From positions 8,060,001 to 8,124,000 of the forward strand of contig CM022668.1 in assembly GCA_012295275.1 (NCBI GenBank): a stretch of 64,000 bases of DNA. The letters are read 5' to 3'. Source of the stretch: Chrysomallon squamiferum (taxonomy: Eukaryota > Animalia > Mollusca). The translations under genes were made by a program, and so were the position numbers. This document shows, piece after piece, positions 1-13,748 of this stretch (the stretch's first letter is position 1; the number at the start of each line of letters is the position of its first letter). Under the pieces are notes generated by a model, which did not search any database, was not told where the DNA came from, and saw only the letters and a list, made by a program, of their open reading frames with translations.

Positions 1-183
1 AACAAAAGAAATAACAGACGTCAACAAAAGAAATCATCGCAAGGAATGACTGGTATTAACGACAGAAATGTAACTGAAATTAAGGAATTATTAATTTTTC
101 GAGTTATGGATTGAACAGAAATAGTCGGAAGCAGTAACAGTGATCAAACACACGAGTGGGAATGAGTAAGTGACAAGACTTAC

Positions 184-441
184 CTCCTTCAATGTCTCAC
201 TGTAAAAACTGCGCTGTAATCTCACAGACAGTCCTCCAATAACTAATCTGCTGTTGTTACCGATGTAACTTATGACCACCAACGTCGTCAACAACGAGCA
301 GAAAAGCACGACGGCAAACGCAATCAAGGTGCAGTTCAGCAACGTCATCATAGGACAACGACAACGCCCCGAGAAGTACGGCCGTTTCGCAAAACGGTCA
401 GCAGCCGAATCACCAGTGTTTTCAGTGTACAGATGTTGCAT
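184..441 (-). CDS. First coding exon of an unidentified type II single-pass membrane protein; gene continues beyond the left edge
   Basis: ATG at 441 opens 86 codons (MQHLYTE...TLKE) ending at a strong donor GAG|GTAAGT (184/183, phase 0). A short N-tail is followed by the hydrophobic stretch LLNCTLIAFAVVLFCSLLTTLVVISYIG. The region is CpG-rich. Family cannot be named from one exon. Confidence 0.65.
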
Positions 442-996
442 GAATTAACTTAAGTTCTCGTAGTTGTGTTTCTTCTATCTAAATAATATCTAAATAATCA
501 ATTTATCTAGCTCAATTCGCCAGCTGTGCTATTAAAAAGAATTTTCGTGGATGATCGATAATTTAAATAAGTCGGATTAATAATCGCATTGACCTGTTAA
601 AAAACTCAGAAATCAGATCACAGTAATAACAACAGTAAGTAGAAAGAAAGAATAAACGAATAAATGAAAGAAGCAAACAAAATAAAAAAACAGACATATA
701 TAGGTAGATATTTAAATAAATATATATTCATTCACAAAAACAAACACATTCACACATACATAAATTAATTCATTCATACATATATACATACATACATATA
801 TACATACATACATACATACATACATACATACATACACATACATACATACATACATACCTATTTAAAGGCACATTTTTTTCCCTCACTTATTCTTGTTTTT
901 GATAACATTTGTTGATTTTTTCCTTCCATATTAATCGTTCGATTTCTATTCCGCCTTTCCATTTTCAAACAGTCTTTAATGTCCTTGAATACACTA

Positions 997-1287
997 ATAA
1001 ATAAATATGTGAAGTATTGTTAAATCTAGTTCCCGCCTTCAGTTCACTGATAAATAAATATGTAAATTAGTTACATCTAGTTCCCGCCTTCAGTTCACTG
1101 ATAAATAAATATGTAAATTAGTTACATTTAATTTCCGCCTTTAATACATAAATAAATATGTAAATTAGTTACATCTAATTCCCGCCTTCAGTTCACTGAT
1201 AAATAAATATGTAAATTAGTTACATTTAATTTCCGCCTTTAATACATAAATAAATATGTAAATTAGTTTTATCTAATTCCCGCCTAC
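997..1287. repeat. Minisatellite, ~6 copies of a ~46-52 bp unit (TAAATAAATATGTAAATTAGTTACATCTAGTTCCCGCCTTCAGTTCACTGA and a shorter variant)
   Basis: The CCGCCT core recurs at ~1033, 1084, 1135, 1182, 1233 and 1279; long and short units alternate. Confidence 0.9.
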
Positions 1288-1585
1288 ATTCTGAAATGCA
1301 CCAGTTAAGTTGTACCTTTTGTAAAATACAGTCTAAATATATTCCCGTGCTTCCAAGATATTTATTTATTTATTTATTTTCAGTTAGTTTGCTAGTTAAT
1401 TATTTATTTACTTATTTATTACTTTCTTATTTTGTTACTTACATACTTTCTTGTTTTATCTGTTTATTTACTTTTACTTACTTACTTATTTTCTTTTTAT
1501 TACTTCGATTTTTCGTTCTTTCTATCCATTCTTAATTAATAACGAAGTAGATGACAACAAAACGCTGCTAGTTTTTCTGTAGTTG

Positions 1586-1593
1586 TGACGTCA
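1586..1593. promoter_or_regulatory. CRE palindrome TGACGTCA in a CpG-containing patch of the divergent intergenic region
   Basis: Exact motif, followed by the GC-box-like GGCGGGGG, between two head-to-head genes. Function is inferred only. Confidence 0.3.
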
Positions 1594-2579
1594 TCACGGC
1601 GGGGGTGTTATTTTGTACGTGATCACGTCTCCAGTTAAGAAGGAATAAATCTGACTATATTATCATTCATTGTTATGAGCGATAATCAAAGTAAAACACA
1701 TTATTAAATTATACTGGCCTTACACAGTAATATTTTGTTTCGAAACTGATCTCTGAGATTTTTGTCACTGAATATTCAAGAGAACAAAAAATTAAATATT
1801 ATACACAATATTTTTGTCAAATATATATTCAAAAATAGGCGGCCTGATTGTTTTCAAACTGAAATCTAAAATAGTTTTAGTGCTACCAAACACCATTTTA
1901 GTACAGGTTTCTTTTCTCACTATTTTAGTAACAACATATATTTTAATAACACTGACCTAAGTATTTTAAAATTTGAAACTCATAATATCCTTCAAGCATA
2001 ATGAAATAGTAAACGATGACAGGAACCCAATACAGTATTTTCTTTTCAGTGAAACATTTATTTAATTTATAGTAGCCTTAAGTGCCTTCAGTGGTCATTG
2101 TTTGCTTAGTGAATGTGGATTTTTATGGTATTATAAAATTAGCATTTGACCTATATTACTTACCACTGAGGAAGATATTTGTTAGATAACTTTAAGAAAA
2201 ATCTGTTAATATTCTTTTTAAAATTACAGTTATTCAGTTTGTAGCTCTACTTTATACACATCTCGATGAATCTACTGGTAATACTCCACAGATGTGAATA
2301 ATTGCAGGTATGTAATTTACGTTTAAAACAAACTGACGGTAAATCTTAACTGGTCTAGATATGTCAGTTGTTATAATGGAATGAATGTTTGACGACATCC
2401 TAGCTTATAATTGCAACATATATAAAACATAAAAACTTTTTATTATTTAATATATTTATTGTGTAATATGCACGAAATGAAGAAAGCACGTAATTAATTT
2501 GTTTTAGTTGTTTATTTCTAATTTTTTGTGTTTATAATATAGCCGTAGAGAAATTTACCTGTATGCATATATATATATA

Positions 2580-2770
<191 letters not shown>

Positions 2771-3984
2771 TCACAAACACACAGACATATATTTACAAAC
2801 ATATATACAGAAATAATACATACATACATACAAACACACATACATAGAGACATAAAGGAATACAGAAATAAATATATAAAACCAATGAACTTTTACATCA
2901 TACAAAAGCAACATGTTCGTTGTCAGTCTCTCTTGTGGGTTTCTAATTTGGTTTGTTTTTCCTTCATAATTTTTTAAAATATTTATATTCTAACTTTTAT
3001 TTTTCTCTCTCTCTTACTATTTCCCAGCTACTTGAAATTTAATAAGACAAAGGATATAAATTATCTGAAACAGTAATCGCAGAAGTCAATACCCAATTCA
3101 ATTTCTATAAAAAATGACTTAACATTTCCTGCAATAACAAAGAAGAATGAGAATACTAGTTTCAGCTGTATGCAGTTTGTTTGGTGCACACCCACCTAGT
3201 CTTTTGTAAATCTGAATAACGACAGTTTATTTATTTATTTATTTATTTAATTATTTATTAGAATTATTATCATCGTTATTGTTGTTATTATTGTTGTTGT
3301 TATTAGCTTTTAAAATTACTTCTCTTTATAATAAAATATATATATTATATAAAATAATAATAATAATTAGTAAAAGAATAATATATATATATATATAAAA
3401 AAATAGTTTAGAAAAGGTTTATTTAGTATTTAAGGTCTGTGTGTTTGTCGACGTGTATTTACATGAATATTAGAGATAAACCAGCTATAGCCATGCTGTT
3501 TGTTAGGACAGAATGAGAGACATTCATTTATATGCGTGACAACAGATGTCTTTGTATGCGTGGAATCAGGTTGAATCGCCAGAAAGACCGATACTGGTAT
3601 TAAGCCAAACACATACGAACATTAGCTATCAAAGCATTAATAGATAAACAGTATCAAAGTGCTTGATCTTTTCTTCCTCAGTGAACGAAAACAACAAGTG
3701 AACTGCATGGTCAGTTAAAACATTTATAAAGGGTCTTTCTGCTGCTTTTCTATTCCAGCTTACGTGATTCAGTTTGAATATTATTTGTTTAACGACAAGT
3801 CAACGCATTTGTTATTAATGTCAAAAATGAAATACGCATATTTCTGAATATTATTATTAGAAAAACTCAACATCAGCGATTAATAGTAATATTTCCTTTT
3901 GTGTAGTTTCCCAGAGAAAGAAAAAATTCAGCGCGAATTATACGATGTAGTTTTTATTATTTATTTTTTTCTTTTATTTTTACT

Positions 3985-4018
<34 letters not shown>

Positions 4019-4636
4019 CTTTTATTCATATTTTTTTTTAATTTATTATTTTTATTTATTTATTTAAAAAAATGTATCTTTATTTATTTATTTATTTCGT
4101 CTTCTTTTTGTATATATATTTTTGTTTTATGTGCTGTTGCTGCTGCTGTTGTTTAGTAATGGTTCAAAACAGCTGCGTTTAAATAACAGTTACATGATGA
4201 AACGTCACCCAAAACAAGAATGCAACGTTAAATAATTTAGAATTTGATTAAACTGTTTATTACACTGTACACACACTCTTCATGCCGACCAGAAACCGTG
4301 TTATCTGTCAGCGATAAAAAATAAAATAATAATAACAATAATAAAAAATGAAAAATAAATAAATCTTTATATATATATATATGTATTAAATACTTTCCTC
4401 TCTAGCGCTTAACCTACAACCATGTTTGTTATTCTGAAGGGTGTGGCCGGGTAGAATACAACGTAGGCGTGTTTGATTAGAAGATTGAGGCCACCTCAAG
4501 AAAAATATAAACGTCATTCGTTAACTGTTAATATTTTTGTTCTCGTTATTTATTTATAATTACTTTAATATTTGTTTATTATTTAGTAGGGGATGTAAAA
4601 CATATTCTAATTGTTCATTTAATTTTTTTGTGTGTG

Positions 4637-4677
<41 letters not shown>

Positions 4678-5033
4678 TCTTATTGTCTCTTTTTGTTAGT
4701 CTTTCTTTCTTTCTTTCTTTCGTTTATTTTCTTACTCCTCAGAGTTGATATTTAGGTGTTTTCTTCCAGTGTAAGTACGTATGTACAAATTGTTATAATT
4801 ATAAATTATAAGTTAAATTCAGTAAGAGTTATCTTCTACCAGAAATCTGTATCTACAAACTGTCTTGGAAACCTAACTGTGAGAACGTAAGTACCATATT
4901 CTCATCATGTTTATCATTTTGACACTCTAATCCGGATTAAAATAACATTCATTTCAGCAGATACAGTGGTATTTTGTAGATTAATTTTTGTGATTACAGA
5001 TTAATTTTGCGATTACAGATTAACACCTGCACC

Positions 5034-6016
5034 ATGGCTGAAGCTGTAAAAGGATTATTTTCGTTGTTTAACAAAAGTGTTCGGAAGTCTGGCAAAGACA
5101 AGAAAAGCAGCACGTCGATTCACGTTGGAAACGAACGACAGGAAGAACAGATTCAACTGTTTCGTGCAACGTTATCTGCCGAAACTCCATTTATAAATGA
5201 CTTCTGGTATTCTGGATTTGTTGTTGGTTTGGAATCGGACATGCAAAAATCGTCAGTAATTCTTAAAACCGCTTTGGACGGGTTAGACAGCAGAAGTTTC
5301 AAAAAAACAGACATCCCAGACGAACAAGTTTTAAAAAAGAAGGCGATCCATGGGCAAACGGAAGGAAAAGTAAATGAAGATAAAGGGAGAGCAATCCGTC
5401 ATGACGTTACTACTTCTGAATCGGAAACGGCGAGAGCCGAAGTAAGCAAAAACGAAGAAGATGGCGTAAAGATAAGGATAAAAATTGACGGTGTAGATGA
5501 AGAAGAACAGGTTGTCAAATTGAGAAGCAGATCTTCGCGTTGTTTGGATCCAGATTCCGCAGTTTCTGGAAAAGAGAAAGACCAACACGACAAACAAAAA
5601 ATCGTTTGTCATTTTCCAATTTTCTGCAAGATGTACGAAAGTCCACTGCCTCCTGGACATCGCGGGATTCCGGTATGGCGTCCAGTGTTTCAGATTCATC
5701 TTCGGTGAGTTTGGAGTGGATTGGCGACGACGATGACGACTATGGCTGGGATGATGACGAATTCAGTGATGACAGCGATTTTGATGATGACGTCTATGAA
5801 GATTTCGAAAACCGGGTTAGGGATGAATGTTAAAACATATTGACTTGATTTCTAGCTTTCATTATTTATTTATTTGTCTATTTATTGTTGTTGTTGCTGG
5901 CGTTATCGTTATTGTCGTAGTTGTTGTTGTTGTTGTTGAGTTGTTTGTTTTTGTTAGGATTTTAATTTTTAATTTTTATTATTAATATTTTTTTTTATAT
6001 TATTATTTTCTTTTTT

Positions 6017-6060
<44 letters not shown>

Positions 6061-6292
6061 TTTTAGACTTATTTGTTTAATTATTTTTGCATTATTAATG
6101 TCCTCATCATTTATTCTTTCATTATCTTTGTTTTTATTACCTTTTTATACTCTTATCAGATCAGCATGTTGGAAATAACAGACAGACAGACAGAGGATAT
6201 GCCATGTAGAATTGCTATATTTATCCTGCAAACAGAGATGGAATACATACAACAACTTTCTACTCTTGTGAAGGTAATTATTTTTATTTGTT

Positions 6293-6379
<87 letters not shown>

Positions 6380-8059
6380 CACCATGAAACTGAAAACAGA
6401 AAATATAAATTTATCTTGATTATAATTTTTATTTTAATTAATTAATTAACTAATTAATTTATTTATTTATATACTTCATTAATAAATATTGATATTTTTA
6501 TTTATTTACTTATGATTATTCATTCATTCATTCATTCTTTTTTTCTTATTTATTTTCTTACTTACATACTTCTTACTTACTTATTTACTTACTTACTAAT
6601 TTGCTTATTTATGTATTTATTTATTTAAATGATGGCTTAAACGTGAAGATTCTTTCTGCATTGGCTGAAGTCACAAAAAAGCACAAGGGAAGTGACTCTG
6701 GGGGATATCTCAAAGAAATGTCAACAAGAGCAACTTCCATTCTCCAGTTTCATAATGAGTTTTTCCTTCCTGCTTTGAAAACAAGACTGACAGAGTGGTA
6801 AACAGAATTCCTAATATTCTTATTCAAATATCCACCTTATAAAGTAATACTCTTGTTGATTTAAGTTTTCACAACAAATGAAAGTTAAAAAACCCCACAA
6901 AAAACAAATGTTGTTAGTACCTCCAGATTGCCATTTTACTATTTTGGTAGACTGTACTTTGTTAAGAACAAAGTATGACAGTAAAATAAAACAATCTGAA
7001 AATAGTCAAGTTAACCCATTTTATTCCTTCAAGTTGGAATTGTGATGTCACTGTCACAAAAAGATGATTTTAGAAATTAAGTCATTATCTCGTACATATT
7101 TTAAAATAAATTACTTAAAACTGCAGGAAGTCGAAGCCTCAGATAGGTGACATAATGAAGTCAAATGCACCCTTCTTCAAACTGTACAGAAGTTACATGC
7201 TACCGTTTGAACATTCAGTGCCAGTTGTAGCAGCCTGGAAAAAAGACCCAAAGAAATTCTCCTCTCTCATTAAAGATATCAAGGTACATTTGCTTTATTT
7301 CTAAAATTAAATTCAATCTTTTCTATTATAGAATATAATTCAGTTTGTAATGCAGACTGTAATTCATTTTATTTTATGAAATAGGATTCACTTTATTTTC
7401 TAGAATCTAATTCATTTTATTTCATGGAATATAAATAACTTTATTCTGCAGAATATAATTCCATTTATAAGATAATTTAATTTAATTTATTTCATAGAAT
7501 TAAATAAAATTTATTTTATAGAAATAAATTCAGGTCAGGTTTTGGCCAAGTCTGTTATAGGACTGAGTGGCAGTCCTCTTGTAGAAAATGCTTAAAGGAT
7601 CAATTTTTCTTTATTGGCTTTATTTATTATTATGATCTTATGATCATCATTATTTTTTCTTTTCTACTTCTTGTTCTTTTTACTATTATTATTATTATCA
7701 TTTTCACTTTTCTTCTCTTTCTTATATATATGTATGTATGTGTATATTTATTTATTTATTTATTTGTTTATTAATTTAGAAAATGCCTGAATGTGATAAT
7801 GTCCCATTTCAAAACTTCATGTGGTATCCTATGAAACGTCTAAGACTAATGGAGTTCTTGCTTACAGGTAACATTAATCCAAAACTAGCATTAACATGTA
7901 ATAATAATAATAATAATAATAATAATAGTATTGTTGTTGTAGTAATATAAGTAGTAGTGGTAGTGGTAGTAGGTAAGTAGATAATTTATTTTAAAATATG
8001 TGTAAGATAATGACTAATGTTATATATACACACACACACACACACACATTTCATAATTT

Positions 8060-8090
<31 letters not shown>

Positions 8091-11000
8091 CATATATACA
8101 TATATATTTCATATTTTTTTATTGCAGCATATTTGAAGAATATTCCAGATGACTCGGAAGAAACAAAAGATATAAAAGGTAATGTTAACTTACCTGATAA
8201 TATTTGACTATTTATTTTATATGTATGTGAGAGTTTGTGTATATGTGTGCACACATTGTGTATGATTATATATGGTTATTTGTATGTGTAGGTCTATGTT
8301 AAGATGTATGTCTGAGAAATAGGATATAGAGGTAACAAATTTTTATTTTATTTTATTATTATGATTATTTTATTTTATTTTATTTTATTTTTTTATTATT
8401 ATCTTCTTCAGAAACTCTAAGAATTCTCAGTGAATCAAAACAGTATCCAAAGAAAGTGATAAGGAAAAAGGTAATTTCCAAACTATCATTTACCACCATC
8501 ACTGCTAGTATTTCTACTGTTTTTAATACTAAGTGTTACTGACATTAATGTTGCTATTACGTCTTTCACTATTACTTCTGTTACTATTACAACGTGTTAA
8601 TTTTGCTATTACTTCTTTTACTATTACAGCTATTGTTAATATTACTATTATGGCATTTGTTAATGTTAATATTACTTCTTTTACTATTACAGCTGTTGTT
8701 AATGTTACTGTTATGTCTAGTGTTGTTACTGTGTTACTAGTATTACTACAGTGCTTTTTGCAGTAAACTATTTGAAATATCAATTAAATGTCTTTACTTT
8801 CAGACAATGCACAAAGTAAAACATGACATCAGACAGCTGAAAAATAGGAGCCAGACTCCTCCACCACCAATCACAGAGGAGCTGCCTTCTCCTGAGGAGC
8901 GACCCACACCAGAAGAAAATGTAAATAAATAAATCATAATTTGTTAACTGCTCATGAATGAATTAAAAAATGTCAAAAGTTCAAAAAAAAAAACAAGTCA
9001 GGCAGTCATAATTTTTTAGTTTTTATATTTTAAATGAAAAAATCAAAATAAGTGTCTTATCTAATACCTCCAACCATTTCACTGTTTGTCTGCTTTGTTG
9101 ATAGCTAATATTTGTATATATTTGTATATACAACATGTAGATTACATACAGGAGATGGAATTTCTATAAAACAAAGATATAACATAATAAATAAAAATAT
9201 TTATATAACTCAGTACTCACAACATTCTAATTAATCCTTGATTAAAAACCTCACATTAGTCATCAAATATCGTTAAATTTATTTTGACAATACAAATAAA
9301 TAGTCTTAAAAAAAGTTGTTTATACTTTCAAGTTAGTTTTTTAATGTTTGGTGATAACTAAGAGTTTCAATAATAATAATACTGTTATGAAAGATCCAAA
9401 TACTCCCATCTATTCTTTCACACCTGGAGTTGTCTTATCATTGTATAGTAACAGTCTGATAGCTCTGTTTTTCGGCAACATTTAAATAAACTTTAGATCA
9501 AATTGGCCGTAAAATGGTGGCATTGAGATGTTTTTAATCTGCACTCTTGTTATTATACTTTGTTTTTAAGATGAGATGCAAAGAAAAAATTAAAATAAAA
9601 GTAGAACTTTGAAGAATGCAGAATATATTTATACTTTTTGTTTTATCATGTACATTATTTTATAATTTATTATATAAAACCAAATAAAAGATAACGTAAA
9701 AGAAGCAGAACATATTTAGATAATTTTTGTTTATTGTTGTCTATATACAGTTTAACTTGTACATTGTTTTTTAATCAAAGAAGGCAGAAGATATTTAGAC
9801 ATTTTTTTTTTTAATCATCGGTGATGTACAACTTAACTTGTACATTAATTTATAATTTACTTTATAAACTCAAACAGCTTATTATATCATCAATGATGTC
9901 ATTATAACTTGTACAGTTACAGCAGTGTTTTTTCTGACAAGTGTTGGTAGGAAAATGTCCACAGTGTATGTGATGATGTCACAACTACATAAACATTTAT
10001 TTATCTCTGATTATCACAGGATTATCCAGAGGACAGGATTACACCCACAGACAAATCTCAGAGGATTATCCTAGAGCTGCTTGCCACAGAGAGATCTTAC
10101 GTCAGAAAACTTCAGCTGATGCATAAGGTAAGAATTGTACCGTTTAATACAGACAGGATTGTTTTCGATATAGCTGCTGTCGTTGTTGATGTTGTTGTTG
10201 GACCAGTAGCCAAAATATTTCTGGAAACCAATATGTCATCATTTATGTATCCATTCGTATTCAATCATTTTCATTAATTTATTAATTTCATTAGTATGTA
10301 TTAATTTATTAATTTCATTCGTATTCATTAATTTATTCATTTCATTGATGTTTGTTGTTTTATTCACTTCATTCATACTAATTTATTAATTTCATTCATA
10401 TTAATTTATTCATTTCATTCATGTTTGTTTTATTCATGTCATTCATATTCATTATTTCATTCATGTCATTCATATTCATTAATTTATTCATTTCATTATA
10501 TTTATTAATATTCATTCATTTGTTAATAGCCATTACTTCATTGTTCAGTGTTCTCATTATGTTCTTTCAGATAGAACAACAGTTCCGTCAAGAGAACACA
10601 ATTCCAGATGACATCATCAAAGAGATTTTCTCCAAGTTGGAAAGTATCCTTGTTTTCCACTCCAAGTACCTCTTACCTCAGATAGAGGAGAGAGCCATAA
10701 ACTGGTAAACCAAATAATAACAGTTTTTAAAGTGTACCTTTAATAATGTAAAAAACCAGTCTATTTAAGTGTACCTTTAATAACATAAAGAAATTATATC
10801 CGATTAAGTGAATTTTCAGGGAAACAAACAAAAGAATTGGAGATGTCATGAAAACAAGTGCTCCATTTCTGAAGATTTATGCTGAATACATTCAGAATTA
10901 CAAGAATGCCAAACACCAGATTGAAACATGGAAGAAAAAGTCTTCAAAATTTTCTTCTGTGCTTCTGGAAATGATGGTAAATTTTCTTCACATTTCAGTT

Positions 11001-11104
11001 TTCTTTTTTTTCTTCTGTTTTTTTTTTTTTTTTTTCTTCTGTTTTGTAAGACTTACAGTAATGAAGTAAGAATTTATTTTCTCTTTTTCCCTCTCTCTTT
11101 TTGA

Positions 11105-11167
<63 letters not shown>

Positions 11168-13665
11168 TGTGTGTGTGTGTTTATCATCCTGTTAAAATCT
11201 CAATATTATTTCTGAAACCACTTCCTAGTGATGTTTTATATTTATAATTTTCACCTTACAGATAGTCAGAATCATGAATGGTGTTATTCTTGAATCTGAC
11301 ATCTACACTGAGATTATTGTAACTCAGTTTTGTGTGTTGTTTCAGAACAGTCAGGAAAGTGGTGGGATTCCTCTTGATGGTCATTTACTGGAGCCAGTCC
11401 AGAGAGTTCCTCGTTACGAACTACTGCTGAAAGGTACGCATAGTGTCTGAGCATTTCTAAATGATACAGAGAGTGTCTTCTGTTAACATTTTGTCTGTAA
11501 TAAATATGTTGATTTAATAAATGTTTCTATTTAATAAAAATAGCTGTTAAGAAGCATTTATAGGTATTCTCTCTCTTTTTGAATACAATTTTTTAACACT
11601 TAATAATAGCTGTTAATATATACATCAGTGTTTAGATGTATCAGTGTTATAAACAGAGAAATAGATACATGGACAAACGTATCACGTCTGTTCAGTTATA
11701 TAACCAGCTATGTGTATCTGATTTTCTGTCTATTCATCTCTCTATATATCAGTCACAGATCTGTCTCTATGTACTTACCTGCCTATTGTGTCTATTTGTT
11801 TTTCTGTATGTCTCTATCTATCTTCATATATGTCTGTCTGAATCTGTATGCTTCTCTCTATCTGTTTGTTTATATGTTTGTGTGTACATAAATATATATA
11901 TGTGTGTTGTTGTGTGTGTGTGTGTATATATATATACTTAAATATTTTCTTAATTTGTTTCTTTTAGAATATATAAAAAGTATTTCAGAAGATTCTGAAG
12001 ACAAACAAGACGCTGAAGGTGAAGTCAGAAACTACAAACCTACACTTAACTTATCCTGTTTTTATCTTTAATCAGTTTAAAGAGTGTCTGTCATAACAAC
12101 TAGTATAAATATATTCTACATCTTTCCAGTTATACTTTTATTTATTTATGTTATTTTATTTTAATTCATTAATATTATCTTTGGGGTTTTTTTGGTGGTT
12201 GATAATGTGTAAACTTAAATTTAATTTTTATTTCCTTATTCAGTTTACAGGTAAGTGTTATGATTTTAAGAACTGGTATAAATATATTATCATGATTTCA
12301 AATGGGTAAACTGAATTAAATACTTATCAGTTTTGCTCAAAATATTTTATATATATAAATGCAAGAATGAAAGGAATACTAGCCATATTGAATCATTCAT
12401 TGCTAACATATTGTTTTTCCTTTTGTTTATTCCTTTTTATGATTTTCTAGAACATTCATCTTTTGTTTCTTTGTATTAAGTCTGGTTTCTCTTTGTTTAG
12501 ATGCTTTGAAACTGGTGATGGAAGCAGCCAGTCATTCCAACCAGTTCCTGAAGAAAATGGTAATTGTTTAAATTTCACATTTTAATTGTTGTAGTTGTGT
12601 CATTGCAAATATTATTATTGTTTTTATTACATGATTATTATTAATTTGTAACCATTAATTTTTATTATGATTATTATTATTATCACTATTATTGCTACTA
12701 CAACTACTACTGCTGTTACTACTACTACTACTACAGCTACTGCTACAAATACTGCAACTGCTATTACTACTACTACTACTATTACAACTATTACTATTAC
12801 TACTGCTACTACTACTACTGCTACTACTACTACTACTACTACTACTACAATTGCTACTACTACTAGGACAAGTTTAAGAAGACATTTGATGTGTATCAGA
12901 CACTGAAGGGTACAAAGTTTGACTTCAGTGTTCCAGACAGGGAGTTACTAAAAGAAGGTTTTGTTACGTTCATTTCACCAGGAACTTGTGAGAAACAGCG
13001 GAGAATTCTCTTCCTGGTGAGTGACTTTTATAATAACAGTTTTGTTGTTATTGTCTGTGTTTGTGACTGGATGTCTGACTTTGATTTTATATGAGTTTAT
13101 GTACACCAATACACACACAGCTGCATACATACATATATACATACATTCTTTCATAAACACACACAGGTGCATAAATACATACATACACATCCACAGAAAT
13201 ACATAATACACACAGACATGTACTCACACATACATTATGTACATGTGTTCTCACAGTAAACATAGGTTTTTTAATTATGGTTCTTTTTAATTTCTATAAA
13301 AGTATTTTATTTTATTATTTTTTATTTTCAAAGTTTTCTTAATGTTTTTACATTAACAATACAAAATTTTGTTTCAGTTTTCTGATGTCCTCATTCTGTG
13401 TAGTGAAGCTCTGTTTGGTAAATTCAATGTCACATCTCAAATAGAACTTAGTGACTTGAAGGTTTGTGCTGCATTCTGTCCATCTGTCCATCTTTCCATC
13501 TACCCACACACACACACACACATATATGTTTACTACATTTGTTAATTTTTCTTTCTGTTTATGTATGTCTGTCTCTCTGTCTGTCTGTGTATCCACATAT
13601 AAATATACACAAACAAACCATCTGCTTATCTCTGTATTTATGTAAGTGCATACATATTATCTATT

Positions 13666-13748
<83 letters not shown>

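Noticed and set aside
5590-5610. Programmed -1 ribosomal frameshift
   Set aside because: Codons CAA AAA ATC do not form a canonical slippery heptamer; a homopolymer indel is simpler.
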